This document shows, piece by piece, positions 9,735 to 19,836 of a stretch of 64,000 nt of DNA (position 1 is the first letter of the stretch; every line of letters begins with the position of its first letter). The notes under the pieces were generated by a model. It was given only the letters and a program-made list of their open reading frames with translations, did not search any database and had not been told where the DNA came from. The stretch is from a virus. Taxonomy: Duplodnaviria; Heunggongvirae; Uroviricota; Caudoviricetes. The stretch covers positions 189,489 to 253,488 of the IMG/VR virus record IMGVR_UViG_3300028914_000001; one strand, given 5' to 3'. Made by a program: the position numbers and the translations under genes.

Positions 9735-10151
9735 TTACTGGTGCCCGACCGAGACCTCATGGTCAAGAATCTTCTGGCAGGCAAACCTGTTTTCACGGAT
9801 GATTCCCAAGACCGATTTCATCGATTCAAGGTATTCTTCCTGCTCAGCAATCTTCTTGTTCCAGTCCACGATACGGGGGTCTCCGTTGATTCTGTTCATC
9901 AGAAGCGTATTATTCGTGTAGCGGGGAATCGTCTTGAACTTGTGCTTGTGAGTGACCTCTGACAGAATTTCATCTTTCTTCAACTTCATCTCACACACAA
10001 GACGGGTTTCCTCGTCCACAAGACGGGCGAAAGTATATTCATGGTTTGAAATATTTCTCAGGTACTCGACAATCTCCGGGACGGTCTCGGGTATCGTGAT
10101 GTACTTTTCGGCCATCGGCAAAACGTCATTCTTGAATTTATCTTCCGTCAT
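9735..10151 (-). CDS. uvsY: recombination mediator UvsY-like
   Basis: 138-aa helical protein next to uvsX; INGDPRI...EYLESMKSVL...RF pattern. Confidence 0.6.
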   Translation of the reverse strand: MTEDKFKNDVLPMAEKYITIPETVPEIVEYLRNISNHEYTFARLVDEETRLVCEMKLKKDEILSEVTHKHKFKTIPRYTNNTLLMNRINGDPRIVDWNKKIAEQEEYLESMKSVLGIIRENRFACQKILDHEVSVGHQ

Positions 10152-10221
10152 TACAACTCCAAAGGAAAAATGGGAACCCAGCGGATTCCCATTAAAAATA
10201 TATTGTTTTTCGGTTATTCCA

Positions 10222-11598
10222 TCATTCTTCCTGAGAATCTGTCGGAATTTCCTCTACTGGGCATTCCTTGGTTCCCGGTTGAACGCCGTTGTCGATGTCC
10301 TCTACGGTTACGGTTTCGCCCTTTTTCTTGCGACCTTTTGACTTCGGCTTCTTTTCCTTTTTCTTATCTTTGGTTTCATCCACCGATACAGGAACGACAT
10401 CCTCGAATGCGGCAAGAGCCTCCTCGGCGATTGCCTCCCGGTCAAACTTCGCCTTGATTTCAGCAGGGATACTTTCGAGCATTTCACGCCACTTCTTCAG
10501 ATTCTTCGGCGAAATATGCAGTTCCTTCATGATAGCCTGCGGCTTCACACCATCAGTCAGCATCTGCAACAGATGCTGGAACGGCTCGCTGCCCTCGATG
10601 ATGTTATAGCATTCCCGGTCGTAAACAATCTTTACGGCATCGTCCGAGACAGGAAGTCTAGCCGCATGGATATCTTCAAGAACCTTAGGATAGTCCTTTC
10701 CGCTCATGATGGAAGCAATGACTCTGCCAATAAGCTCCCCATCAAGGTTGTACTCGACCTTTTCATCGACAGGAGCTTCAACCTTTACTTCTTCGGCAAT
10801 TTCCTGAACCTTCGTTTCAACCTCTTCCTTGGCCTTAGTCGCCTTCGGCGGGAACCTAGGGGTAATTTCCGGGAACTTGTAGAGGTAGTAATGCCAGAAT
10901 GCACTTGCCTTTTCAGTGAAAGACTTATCGGACTCTTCGTCAACGGCATCTGACTCAAGAAGTTTGAAAATACGGACGGCACATTCAGTAAACCTTGGAA
11001 TCTGAGTCGTCAGAATATCCTTGTTCATCGGCTGCCAACGGGAGTCAATCCATTGAGCTTGATTTGCCGGAGTGAACGGGCTAGACAACGGATTACTGTT
11101 GACATCCTGCACGCTAAACATAATTGCACTCGACACAGGGAACTTTTCGTCGTCCATGGTGTACGTGTTGTAATCCTTCGCCTTGAACTCAAAACCGTCA
11201 TTTTCCCTGACGTATTCCTTATATAGCGTGATGGAACGGGCATGGAGCCGCTGAATAGCGTAGCTGACAAGGTTGCCGACGTTGAAATTGTCATGCTTTT
11301 CGGTGTAGATATACTCGTCAGTGGACAAGAACAGGCCCCAGTCACCGTTGCCGCAATGTTTTAGGAACGCCTTGATGATTTCGCTTACCTTCCTCCAACG
11401 TTCGTCAGCCTTGATAAAGACAAAACGGTCGCTTGCGTCGATAATTTCCTTCTTGGCTTCCTGGAACCATTCAGGTTCATCCTTCACGAAGATGTAAATT
11501 TTCTTAAACCCAACATTCTCGTGGTACTTGCACCACATTTTGAACTTCATCTTGGTTTTGTTAGCCAGTCTGGCCAATAGATATACTCTTGGATTCAT
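10222..11598 (-). CDS. degenerate glycosyltransferase-like domain (GT2/GT92-type) with charged, possibly HTH-containing C-terminus
   Basis: WCKYHENVGFKKIYIF and WGLFLSTDEYI match the W..YH...G..F.iY and W..f.D.DE patterns. Confidence 0.5.
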   Translation of the reverse strand: MNPRVYLLARLANKTKMKFKMWCKYHENVGFKKIYIFVKDEPEWFQEAKKEIIDASDRFVFIKADERWRKVSEIIKAFLKHCGNGDWGLFLSTDEYIYTEKHDNFNVGNLVSYAIQRLHARSITLYKEYVRENDGFEFKAKDYNTYTMDDEKFPVSSAIMFSVQDVNSNPLSSPFTPANQAQWIDSRWQPMNKDILTTQIPRFTECAVRIFKLLESDAVDEESDKSFTEKASAFWHYYLYKFPEITPRFPPKATKAKEEVETKVQEIAEEVKVEAPVDEKVEYNLDGELIGRVIASIMSGKDYPKVLEDIHAARLPVSDDAVKIVYDRECYNIIEGSEPFQHLLQMLTDGVKPQAIMKELHISPKNLKKWREMLESIPAEIKAKFDREAIAEEALAAFEDVVPVSVDETKDKKKEKKPKSKGRKKKGETVTVEDIDNGVQPGTKECPVEEIPTDSQEE

Positions 11599-11696
11599 AA
11601 TAGTAACCCTTAAAATTCAATAATAAATTACATTTTTTAACAAAACGGAAATGTCGGACAGTTTCCTGCCCGACATTGAGGTATCTATGTCCAATA

Positions 11697-13115
11697 TTAA
11701 AACGGTGGGTCATCCCCAAACGGACTATCAAACACATGGTCAGCATTGATGTCTGGCACAGGTGATTGCTGCTGAATGCCCATAAGAGTTGCTGCCGGAA
11801 CCGCAGAAATCGGAGATTCCATATCCTCCTGAATACGGTCGATTTTGGCGGCCTGTGCATTCTTTTCGTTCATGAACGTCACGTTGCACATGCTAACTTC
11901 GGTCCTTGGGTGGAAAGCGTAGAATCCACGCTGGCGTAAATTCTTAATCAAATCTATTTGGTGCTTAGTGATACCAATGCTTTCCAACGACTCCGCTTGC
12001 ATAAATTCACCTGTACCAACACGGCTGCAAGCTTCGGTGATAGCAGACTTGATATTGTCCGGAGTGCAACTAAGGTCGATAAGGGTCTTGTTTCTAAGGT
12101 ACTGGTCAAGCCACCCTTCCCTCTTTGCCGTCTCGTAGATGTCGCCGCAGGTCTGGATGAACTTCCCCGCACCATCCTTTCCCACGCAGGTAGCCTTAGG
12201 GAAACCGGGCGTTTTAGGGTTAGGAACACACATTCCGTGAATATTATCGCTATCGTCACCAGAAACGATTTTCTTGGCGAGATATTCAGACGGGGAATCG
12301 CACGAGAGGAACTTGCCATTGAGATGGTCGTAGAATACCGCCTTGCTGCATTCAATCTGCATCATATCGCTATCTCTCGTAGCAATCACAATGCTGGTAT
12401 ACTTATCCTGCAAAGACGATACCGCACCATAAATAATGTCATCGCCTTCCGCACCGTCAAGTTGCACAACAGTCGCACGATAATACTTTCCGAGTTCAAA
12501 CGCAAACTTATCCTTGTAAGACTGCCACTCAGACTTAGGTGTCAATGCCGACCAATCACTATACTTGCGTTTTCCCTTGTAACTAGGAATAATCGGAGTT
12601 TTGCTTTCATTCTTAGACTTCTTGCTTACTTCGTAAAGATTCCACAGAAGGTCCTGTTTTTGCGGAGGAAGTTCTCCGAGAAGCTTATGGGGCTTATCCC
12701 TAAAAGTCTGGTATTCCTTAACGGCAATTCTGTCAACCGTATATTCTTCCTTCTTCTTGTCAGGCTTGCCGATACGGTAGGCATAGTTTTCCGTTTCCGT
12801 GTAGATGTAGGTATCATCGTGGTACACGATTGTATGCTTTCCGTAATAATCCTTGACGAAATCCTTTCTCCAAGAGAAACCGTCAACCGCAATGATGATA
12901 TCCAGCGGATTGAAACGCTGAATCAAATCATTCATCGCAGTGACCATCTTGTTGCGCCACAGACGGAGTTCATCTTCCTTGCTCTGAATACCATAATCGT
13001 CCCCAGCCTTTTCAGCAGCCTGGACCGAATGGATAGCCTGGTAAGCGACTGACGACCAGTCGATAACCATAAGCCTGTTTGTGTCATACTTGTAGGTAGT
13101 TGGGGTACTTATCAT
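11697..13115 (-). CDS. rnh: T4 RNase H / 5'-3' flap exonuclease
   Basis: IDWSS, YKGKR, EGDDII, DSDMMQ, GDDSDNI. Confidence 0.88.
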   Translation of the reverse strand: MISTPTTYKYDTNRLMVIDWSSVAYQAIHSVQAAEKAGDDYGIQSKEDELRLWRNKMVTAMNDLIQRFNPLDIIIAVDGFSWRKDFVKDYYGKHTIVYHDDTYIYTETENYAYRIGKPDKKKEEYTVDRIAVKEYQTFRDKPHKLLGELPPQKQDLLWNLYEVSKKSKNESKTPIIPSYKGKRKYSDWSALTPKSEWQSYKDKFAFELGKYYRATVVQLDGAEGDDIIYGAVSSLQDKYTSIVIATRDSDMMQIECSKAVFYDHLNGKFLSCDSPSEYLAKKIVSGDDSDNIHGMCVPNPKTPGFPKATCVGKDGAGKFIQTCGDIYETAKREGWLDQYLRNKTLIDLSCTPDNIKSAITEACSRVGTGEFMQAESLESIGITKHQIDLIKNLRQRGFYAFHPRTEVSMCNVTFMNEKNAQAAKIDRIQEDMESPISAVPAATLMGIQQQSPVPDINADHVFDSPFGDDPPF

Positions 13116-13136
13116 ACTTTACTCCTTAATGTTGAT

Positions 13137-13165
13137 AATATAGTATACATGATAGGGTCTGTCAA
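13137..13165 (-). promoter_or_regulatory. sigma70-type promoter for rnh
   Basis: TTGACA-N17-TATATT. Confidence 0.75.
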
Positions 13166-13175
13166 GCCAAAAAAG

Positions 13176-13184
13176 TATAAACTA
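13176..13184 (+). promoter_or_regulatory. putative late promoter TATAAACTA
   Basis: Recurrent motif, 22 nt before ORF 13207. Confidence 0.7.
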
Positions 13185-13206
13185 GAGATAATTACGAGGT
13201 TATCCC

Positions 13207-16200
13207 ATGTTTACGACCCTTCAAAAGGAATATGCTATACTGTTCTACATCCGTTATAAGCTAGGGCAAGAAGACAACAACGGCTTCTTGCATGAACTGT
13301 ATACTGAAAAGAATGTCAAAAGCATTCTTGAAAAGCTGGTAAACAACAAGACTAAGGACACTTCGACTATCAGTACCGAGCAGGTCGTTGAAAGAGTATT
13401 GCCATCCGTCAACATAGACACCTTGACCAACCCGAGAGCAACACACCCTAAATTCAACGTCCTTCCATACAACCCGGTAAGCTTCATGGAACTCTACATG
13501 GGTAAAACGATAAACAACGTGCTGATGAATATGAAGGAGAGGATATTCGTAGACGACATTACGGATGCAAAGGACGGCATGGCCGCATATTTTGTATCGA
13601 TATTTTCTCGAAATATGATGGTTAACGATAATTTTGCGAAATTTGCAACCATCGAACAACATCCATCAGCAGATAAAATCGTCCATACGCTCCGCACGCA
13701 ATTCCCGGACTCCTACCTTGCAAATGATACCGAAGCACTATCCAAGTATGCCACCCAGATGGTTCGGGAAAACTTCACCCACAAAGATTTGGGTACAGTA
13801 ATCATGTACCTCCAAAAGAAATTCGGAAACTCGCTCAACAGAACATCTATCGTCAATGCTATCGCAAGTGCCTCCAAGTATAAAGAAAATGATGATGACA
13901 CCACGTTCGATGAAATTCGAGACACTGCTGAAGAAAGCACGATGGCAATGGTGCAATCGACATCTAGCATAGACAACATGTTCAAAACCTCGGCAAAGTA
14001 CAGGTTCTCTGGAACCATGAAATACAAGAGAGGGGCGAAAGATTCCAGCGGAAATACCGCACCTAACACAATCGAGCTCAGTTTAAGAAAGCAGGATATG
14101 GAAGGCAAACTACATATAGACTGCTTTACCCAATTCATCACCGTCCTAAACAAGCTTCTTCACCTTGAAGGACTGCCCGGAGTAAATACGAGCCAATATA
14201 ATAGCCTGAACACAGTACTGCTCTCAGAGGAACAGTACCACGCACTATTCCCGGAATACTTCGTTACTGTCGGAATCCTTAAAACTAAGGAGAAGACAGC
14301 TTCAGAAATGGGCACCACCACGATGAAAAGCGGTGACGAATCAACGAACATTATCGACCGTTATACTGGCGAGGACGAAGACAAATATGACAGCGAGGAT
14401 GAAGAAACATACGACTCTTCCGTTCTTACCCTCGGAAAGACCAAAAAACTTATGCTGGCAAAGATGCTGGCAACACTTAATGGACACCCGGAAACTGTCC
14501 CGGACCAAATCGAATCGGCAAAAGGAAAGAAATCCGCTATTTACGAACTGAACCGTATTTTCATCACGGAATTATTCAACTCCCCATATCCCACAATACA
14601 GGCGTTGGTCGGCTTCCTTACGCATGACGAACTTCCGCCAGATATGGAATCCCATGACGACGAGCTGTTCATACTCAGACAGAAATACCTTAAAGACAAT
14701 GCGGAGGACGCAAAAGTATTTGGTGAACGAGACACCAATGTCAAGGCATTCGCTACCGTACTTAGCGAACTCTCAAAGGCCGCACATATGGGCCCAAACG
14801 ACAGATTGCCGTCACAGAATATCGTCATTTCCAACGGAGCCAATCAATACGTACTGACTGGATTGCCTAGCGTAGTTAACGCAATGGTAGCGCATGCAAT
14901 CAAGGGACAATACATTGACGGGATAACGGTCACAAGCAAAAATCCTATATACGACGCAATCAACTTCCTCATCAAATCCAATCTGCTCCGCAAAAACGGA
15001 AAAACTTACGTACTTGTAACAGACGCAAACCAAATAAACAGTGTCGTAGACTCGCTTCCATGGAAACAGCTCGAAACCCTTCATCACACGATGATGGTAA
15101 CTGCCCTTCACAACTGTTCGTACCTCTACAAGCAAAACGGCTGGGTTAAAATGACTCCCCAGGAAAGTTCACGGCACGAGTACGAGAAAATCAAGGATGA
15201 CGCCAAGACTAAGGATGATTTTTACTTCACAGGAAAACTTGTCAAGATTATGGAATCCGTCCAAGGAAATGTCAAACCATATTTTGACGACCTGAGAGAC
15301 ATCAACGATGTTATCGCCCGCATCAAAATGGATTACGGCATAACAAGCGTAGAACCAGCACAAGCCCCGACGGTTGACGAAAACACCCTTTCGGTTAACG
15401 ACCGTGTAATACAGATGTTCAGCACAGACGATTCTTCGGAAGCTATCGACAGCCTTTCCCAAGATTACTATCTAAGAAGTGTCGAAAGCAAGTACGAGGA
15501 AATCGTTGACAAAAAGTGCAAGGAAGTTACCGCCGCACTCAGGCAGAACAAGCACCTTGACGAGGACACCAGAAAAGCCCTTATCAGGAAGTTTGGCCAT
15601 GTCGGCGGGAAAACCAAGATAATCAACAGGGTATTCGACGGTGTCAAGAAGTCAGCATCAGGTAACGTCGCAGAGAAATTCAACAAGCAGGACGAACAGA
15701 GGATGTTCCAGATTGCACAAGATGTAATCCGGCTCTACAACTTCGTCCGAAACGACGTTGAAAAACATAACCCGACGATTGCAAAAGAATTTCCGCAAAC
15801 CCGCCAGTATGTCCAATCAGCAGACCTCGACACTATGTCAAAGGGCCAGAGCCTAACCGGGAAGAACTATATCGAAAATGGCTCTGCCGTAGACAAAGAC
15901 TTTTTACTGAACGCATACCTCATTGATGTACTTTTCGAGACCATATACCTCATGACCATCCTCTTCGACCTCCCGGCACGAACCGAGTACAGCGTACAGG
16001 ATATCATGCAAATGTCCGACGTGTCTGAAATGATACGCTATATCAAGGAAAACATGAATATCGCCATGGAAGGCAACATGGTCTACACTCAGCTCCTGAC
16101 TGCAATCAAGAGAAAGTCTAACATACTGTTCAATTCTCCGATGTTGAATATAATCATCGCAGTCATGTTGAGCAATCCTGACCTGAAGCAGTTGAGCGTC

Positions 16201-16320
16201 GGTGAAGCCAACAAGCTTAACGGAAAGAATAGACACTTGACTTCTGGAAAGGTATTGTCAGACATCGCCGCACACCAAATGGCACATGTTACAGCGAATT
16301 CGAAAAAAAGAACCCGCTAG
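13207..16320 (+). CDS. large hypothetical protein, probably late/virion-associated
   Basis: 1037-aa ORF with RBS GAGG and late motif; no recognised domain. Confidence 0.8.
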   Translation: MFTTLQKEYAILFYIRYKLGQEDNNGFLHELYTEKNVKSILEKLVNNKTKDTSTISTEQVVERVLPSVNIDTLTNPRATHPKFNVLPYNPVSFMELYMGKTINNVLMNMKERIFVDDITDAKDGMAAYFVSIFSRNMMVNDNFAKFATIEQHPSADKIVHTLRTQFPDSYLANDTEALSKYATQMVRENFTHKDLGTVIMYLQKKFGNSLNRTSIVNAIASASKYKENDDDTTFDEIRDTAEESTMAMVQSTSSIDNMFKTSAKYRFSGTMKYKRGAKDSSGNTAPNTIELSLRKQDMEGKLHIDCFTQFITVLNKLLHLEGLPGVNTSQYNSLNTVLLSEEQYHALFPEYFVTVGILKTKEKTASEMGTTTMKSGDESTNIIDRYTGEDEDKYDSEDEETYDSSVLTLGKTKKLMLAKMLATLNGHPETVPDQIESAKGKKSAIYELNRIFITELFNSPYPTIQALVGFLTHDELPPDMESHDDELFILRQKYLKDNAEDAKVFGERDTNVKAFATVLSELSKAAHMGPNDRLPSQNIVISNGANQYVLTGLPSVVNAMVAHAIKGQYIDGITVTSKNPIYDAINFLIKSNLLRKNGKTYVLVTDANQINSVVDSLPWKQLETLHHTMMVTALHNCSYLYKQNGWVKMTPQESSRHEYEKIKDDAKTKDDFYFTGKLVKIMESVQGNVKPYFDDLRDINDVIARIKMDYGITSVEPAQAPTVDENTLSVNDRVIQMFSTDDSSEAIDSLSQDYYLRSVESKYEEIVDKKCKEVTAALRQNKHLDEDTRKALIRKFGHVGGKTKIINRVFDGVKKSASGNVAEKFNKQDEQRMFQIAQDVIRLYNFVRNDVEKHNPTIAKEFPQTRQYVQSADLDTMSKGQSLTGKNYIENGSAVDKDFLLNAYLIDVLFETIYLMTILFDLPARTEYSVQDIMQMSDVSEMIRYIKENMNIAMEGNMVYTQLLTAIKRKSNILFNSPMLNIIIAVMLSNPDLKQLSVGEANKLNGKNRHLTSGKVLSDIAAHQMAHVTANSKKRTR

Positions 16321-18065
16321 AACTGGCGACGGTAATTCTTGAGAAGGCCCTCTGCGGCCTTCTTCTTCTTTTTCTCCAACTGCTGGGCCCGTTTCTCCGC
16401 CTTTTCCTTTCGCTTCTGCTTGATGTCGTCAAGCTTCACATCAGCAGCAACCTTACCGTTAAGGTCTTCTATCGTAACTGGAATCTTGTCGGCATTGTAA
16501 TATTTCATCCTTTCACGGAAATGGCGAACCATGTAGTTCTCGTTGACGTGGTCTCCCAGTGTACGGCCATGAACCATGTATGAAGCGTCATCGACAATAT
16601 CGTAACAAGTGGCAATTTCCTTGCCCGGACACTTACGGACGATACGTCCAATAGACTGCATAATCATGTACATCGACTTTCCTGGGTCGCCAAACACAAG
16701 GTTGTTCAACTGCTTTACATTCACGCCAGCCTGCAAGCACCCGTATGTACCGAGAAGGATGTGGCCATAAGATGTATCCATATCCTGTCTGATAACATTT
16801 CGTGCGTTCGCCTTGACATCACCCTTGATGATGCTATACTTAAACTCTGGATGATTTTCCTGCAAGTAAGCCGCAACACGTTCCATCGGCTCGATATTTC
16901 GGAACAGGATTACCGTGTTCTGGTCCGTCGTTATCCTCTTCTCGTTGATAAGCATGTCAAGAATATCAAATCGGCTTCGGTTGCCAGTCACGACGGCATA
17001 CTCCTCATCAAACTTCGAGTAGCAGATTGTCGTTCGGCAATCCAAAGGATATGGCACAAAAAGACCAACCACTCGTGCAGGCGTGATAATGCCTTTCTCG
17101 GCTAGTTCCCAAAGGCTGACAATGTGATACTTCTTTCCGAGAGACGACTCTATATAGGCAGCTTCAAGACCCTCATCAGGAATCGTACCCGATACGCCTA
17201 TCTTAAAGTTTTCTGCCGAGGTGCAATAGTCAAGAATCTGACGCAGCACCGGGCCACGGCATCCTTGACACTCGTCAACAATCACCGCATCAAACCGCTT
17301 GAAGAAGGACGGCTCCTTGTTCTGCAGACTCTGCCACGTCGTTATCACAATAGGTTTCAACATGACTTCTTCGCCAAGGTTCAGCTCGGCAAGTTTCTTC
17401 TTTTGGGCGGCGGTCAGCTTATCCTTCGAATCGCCATAGATTAGCGTACAGTTGTCGTGCGCCTCGTCCCATGAATAGTCGTCATAGAAGTTCTGCATCA
17501 ACTGGACTACCAGCCCGGAGTTCGGAACGACAACGGCAATCTTCTTGTGTTCAACCTCGGTCATGTAACGGGCCATCACATAGATTGACAGCGACTTTCC
17601 TGATGCAGTACAGGCCTTCAACGAGCCACGACGATGCAGCATGGCTTGATAAATCAATTCAACTTGATGGTCATAGAGGGACAGCTTGAACCCCTTCTTG
17701 CGGTCGTGGATGTTCAGCGTGTCGGCATACTTGATGATTTCATCCCTGGTCAGAACAACCTTTGGCGTGAACATCGAGTGAATCCTCGGCGACAACTTGA
17801 AGCCGATACCCGGAAACCGTCCTTTGAGCAAGGTGCAAACCCTGGCTATCAGACCGATGGGGATAGTCCGCTCTTCACTCTCATAGAAGTTGACATACTC
17901 CTTATGGTATCCATTTTTATACTTTTCCGTGTATGTAGCCTGCTTGTCCTCGTACTTGATGGCACTGTTCAGGTAATTGTAGACCTGTCTGGTTTCAAAG
18001 TCATTGCCTTCGTATACGGTGACTTGCGCTAAGTTATCTTTCAAGAAGTCAAAATAAACAATCAT
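16317..18065 (-). CDS. uvsW: SF2 helicase UvsW
   Basis: TASGKS, DECQ, SGT, QSIGRIVR; N-terminal IPIGL. Confidence 0.9.
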   Translation of the reverse strand: MIVYFDFLKDNLAQVTVYEGNDFETRQVYNYLNSAIKYEDKQATYTEKYKNGYHKEYVNFYESEERTIPIGLIARVCTLLKGRFPGIGFKLSPRIHSMFTPKVVLTRDEIIKYADTLNIHDRKKGFKLSLYDHQVELIYQAMLHRRGSLKACTASGKSLSIYVMARYMTEVEHKKIAVVVPNSGLVVQLMQNFYDDYSWDEAHDNCTLIYGDSKDKLTAAQKKKLAELNLGEEVMLKPIVITTWQSLQNKEPSFFKRFDAVIVDECQGCRGPVLRQILDYCTSAENFKIGVSGTIPDEGLEAAYIESSLGKKYHIVSLWELAEKGIITPARVVGLFVPYPLDCRTTICYSKFDEEYAVVTGNRSRFDILDMLINEKRITTDQNTVILFRNIEPMERVAAYLQENHPEFKYSIIKGDVKANARNVIRQDMDTSYGHILLGTYGCLQAGVNVKQLNNLVFGDPGKSMYMIMQSIGRIVRKCPGKEIATCYDIVDDASYMVHGRTLGDHVNENYMVRHFRERMKYYNADKIPVTIEDLNGKVAADVKLDDIKQKRKEKAEKRAQQLEKKKKKAAEGLLKNYRRQF

Positions 18066-18222
18066 AATAAATGGATAAACTAGGGGTGAAATTGATGTTT
18101 TTCTAAACTAAAATATCTTTTTTACACCCGAAGTTTATATTTTAATATAAAAAAATGAGAACATATAGTGTTACCTGGAGGCAAAGGAGATAAAATTTCT
18201 ATGAAACTTTCGTATTGGACGC

Positions 18223-18251
18223 TTGACAAAACTTCACTTTTATTGTAGCTT
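18223..18251 (+). promoter_or_regulatory. sigma70-type promoter
   Basis: TTGACA-N17-TAGCTT, 8 nt before ATG 18260. Confidence 0.55.
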
Positions 18252-18259
18252 TAGCGACG

Positions 18260-19804
18260 ATGAATTCGAACCTTGAACTTTCTTTACGTATTTTAGACCA
18301 GTTTTCCGAAACTGACAGCCGTTACTCTTTCGATAAAATGCTGATTCCTAACAGTATTTTTGACTTCATGATGGCTAAAGCGGAAAATCTCAAAGGTGTG
18401 GAAAGGAAAAACTTCGAATTTTTGCTGTATATAGTCAACACGGTATATCGCCGCTACCAGATAGCCTTCAACCTGGCTACCAAGCATAACTGGAAAATCG
18501 ATATTGACAAGTGGGCAGTCCCCATTTACTCCAAAATCTATGACAGGATACTCGGTTCCAACTACTTGGAATACGTACACATTCTCGAACAATGGGGCAT
18601 CATTGGCCGTAGCCGTTCCTACATCAAGGGAAGCAAGGATATTCCGGGAAAATGCAAGCATTATTGGTTCACACCCAAGTTTTTAACCTATGTTCAGCGT
18701 TATTTGCACACTAGGGCACAGGAAGAAGCCGGAGATATCAAGAAAAGAAAGGGTGGTGTCCGTGTAGTCATGGTGACCAACCCCCGTCTTTATCGAAAAT
18801 TGGCCGAAAGAGCCGAAGAAGTTCATTCAGAACAAATGAACATGCCTGAAATTAAGGAACTTTACGAAGACTTGACGCATTTTAGCATCGATGAAGACGA
18901 AAGTTACGATATTTTGGGCAATCTTGTCGATAGCGGTTCGATTCCCGTCGAAAGATTGACCTCTGAAATGAACAAAGTCAAGCTTTTCAATAGCTACACG
19001 ACCGATAAATACGCTCTTTACTGCAAACGTGACCCGTATGGCCGTGTTCATACTAACATCACCCAGTTGAAAAAAGAGGTTAGAAAGAGCTGCATCTACT
19101 GTGATGGCAAGCCGACGGTCGAAATCGACATCAAGAGTTCTCAGGGTGCATTCTTGTATCGTGTTCTTGACCGATACATTTCTAATTTTGATGGCCGAGA
19201 ACATATTGTGATTTCTCCTAAGGGAGAGAATTCGGAAGCCTACTGGAATTCCTTTGAGGAAGACGAATGCATCTCGGCATTCCACTCCGAATTGGATAGA
19301 TACAGAAATCTGCTTGTTTCTGGTGGTTTGTATGAATACTTCCTTAACTATGTAAACAAAACTTTGCATACGAATGTAGACCGTAATAAGGTAAAGAAAG
19401 AATTCCTTACATGCCTTTTCTGCGGACGTTTCTATTCTAAGAAAAAGCATAAGCTTGTCGAAGCCATTCAGAAGCTCTGGAAGGAAGCATTCCCTAACCT
19501 CTACAAGGCAATCCAGATTATCAAGCGTGGGCACTACTCTGAGTTGGCCCATGAGCTGCAACGTACTGAAAGCCACCTCATTTTCAGCGTGGTTTATCGC
19601 AGAATCAAGGACGAATTGCATTGCCCTGTTTGTACCGTACACGATAGCATCATAGTGTCCTCCGATGTTGCTACCCGTGCCAAGCAAATCTTCGACGACG
19701 CTTTGAAGGAATTGGAAATCCCTACCTTTACCGAGCAGGAACAGATGGAAGCAACGATTGAAGACACCTTTATTGCTGACAAGACCTTGACAACCAAGAT
19801 TTAA
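18260..19804 (+). CDS. minimal PolA/T7-RNAP superfamily polymerase-like protein
   Basis: GRVHT; motif A EIDIKSSQ; motif B RNKVKKEFL; LQRTES; motif C TVHDSI. Confidence 0.6.
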   Translation: MNSNLELSLRILDQFSETDSRYSFDKMLIPNSIFDFMMAKAENLKGVERKNFEFLLYIVNTVYRRYQIAFNLATKHNWKIDIDKWAVPIYSKIYDRILGSNYLEYVHILEQWGIIGRSRSYIKGSKDIPGKCKHYWFTPKFLTYVQRYLHTRAQEEAGDIKKRKGGVRVVMVTNPRLYRKLAERAEEVHSEQMNMPEIKELYEDLTHFSIDEDESYDILGNLVDSGSIPVERLTSEMNKVKLFNSYTTDKYALYCKRDPYGRVHTNITQLKKEVRKSCIYCDGKPTVEIDIKSSQGAFLYRVLDRYISNFDGREHIVISPKGENSEAYWNSFEEDECISAFHSELDRYRNLLVSGGLYEYFLNYVNKTLHTNVDRNKVKKEFLTCLFCGRFYSKKKHKLVEAIQKLWKEAFPNLYKAIQIIKRGHYSELAHELQRTESHLIFSVVYRRIKDELHCPVCTVHDSIIVSSDVATRAKQIFDDALKELEIPTFTEQEQMEATIEDTFIADKTLTTKI

Positions 19805-19836
19805 TAAACTATATTTGTGGAAAAAGGACTAATATC

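Noticed and set aside
13207-13300. F-x25-E leader in the 1037-aa protein and in the late GNAT and DHH proteins
   Set aside because: The spacing and hydrophobic pattern do not fit, so they were left out of the leader family.
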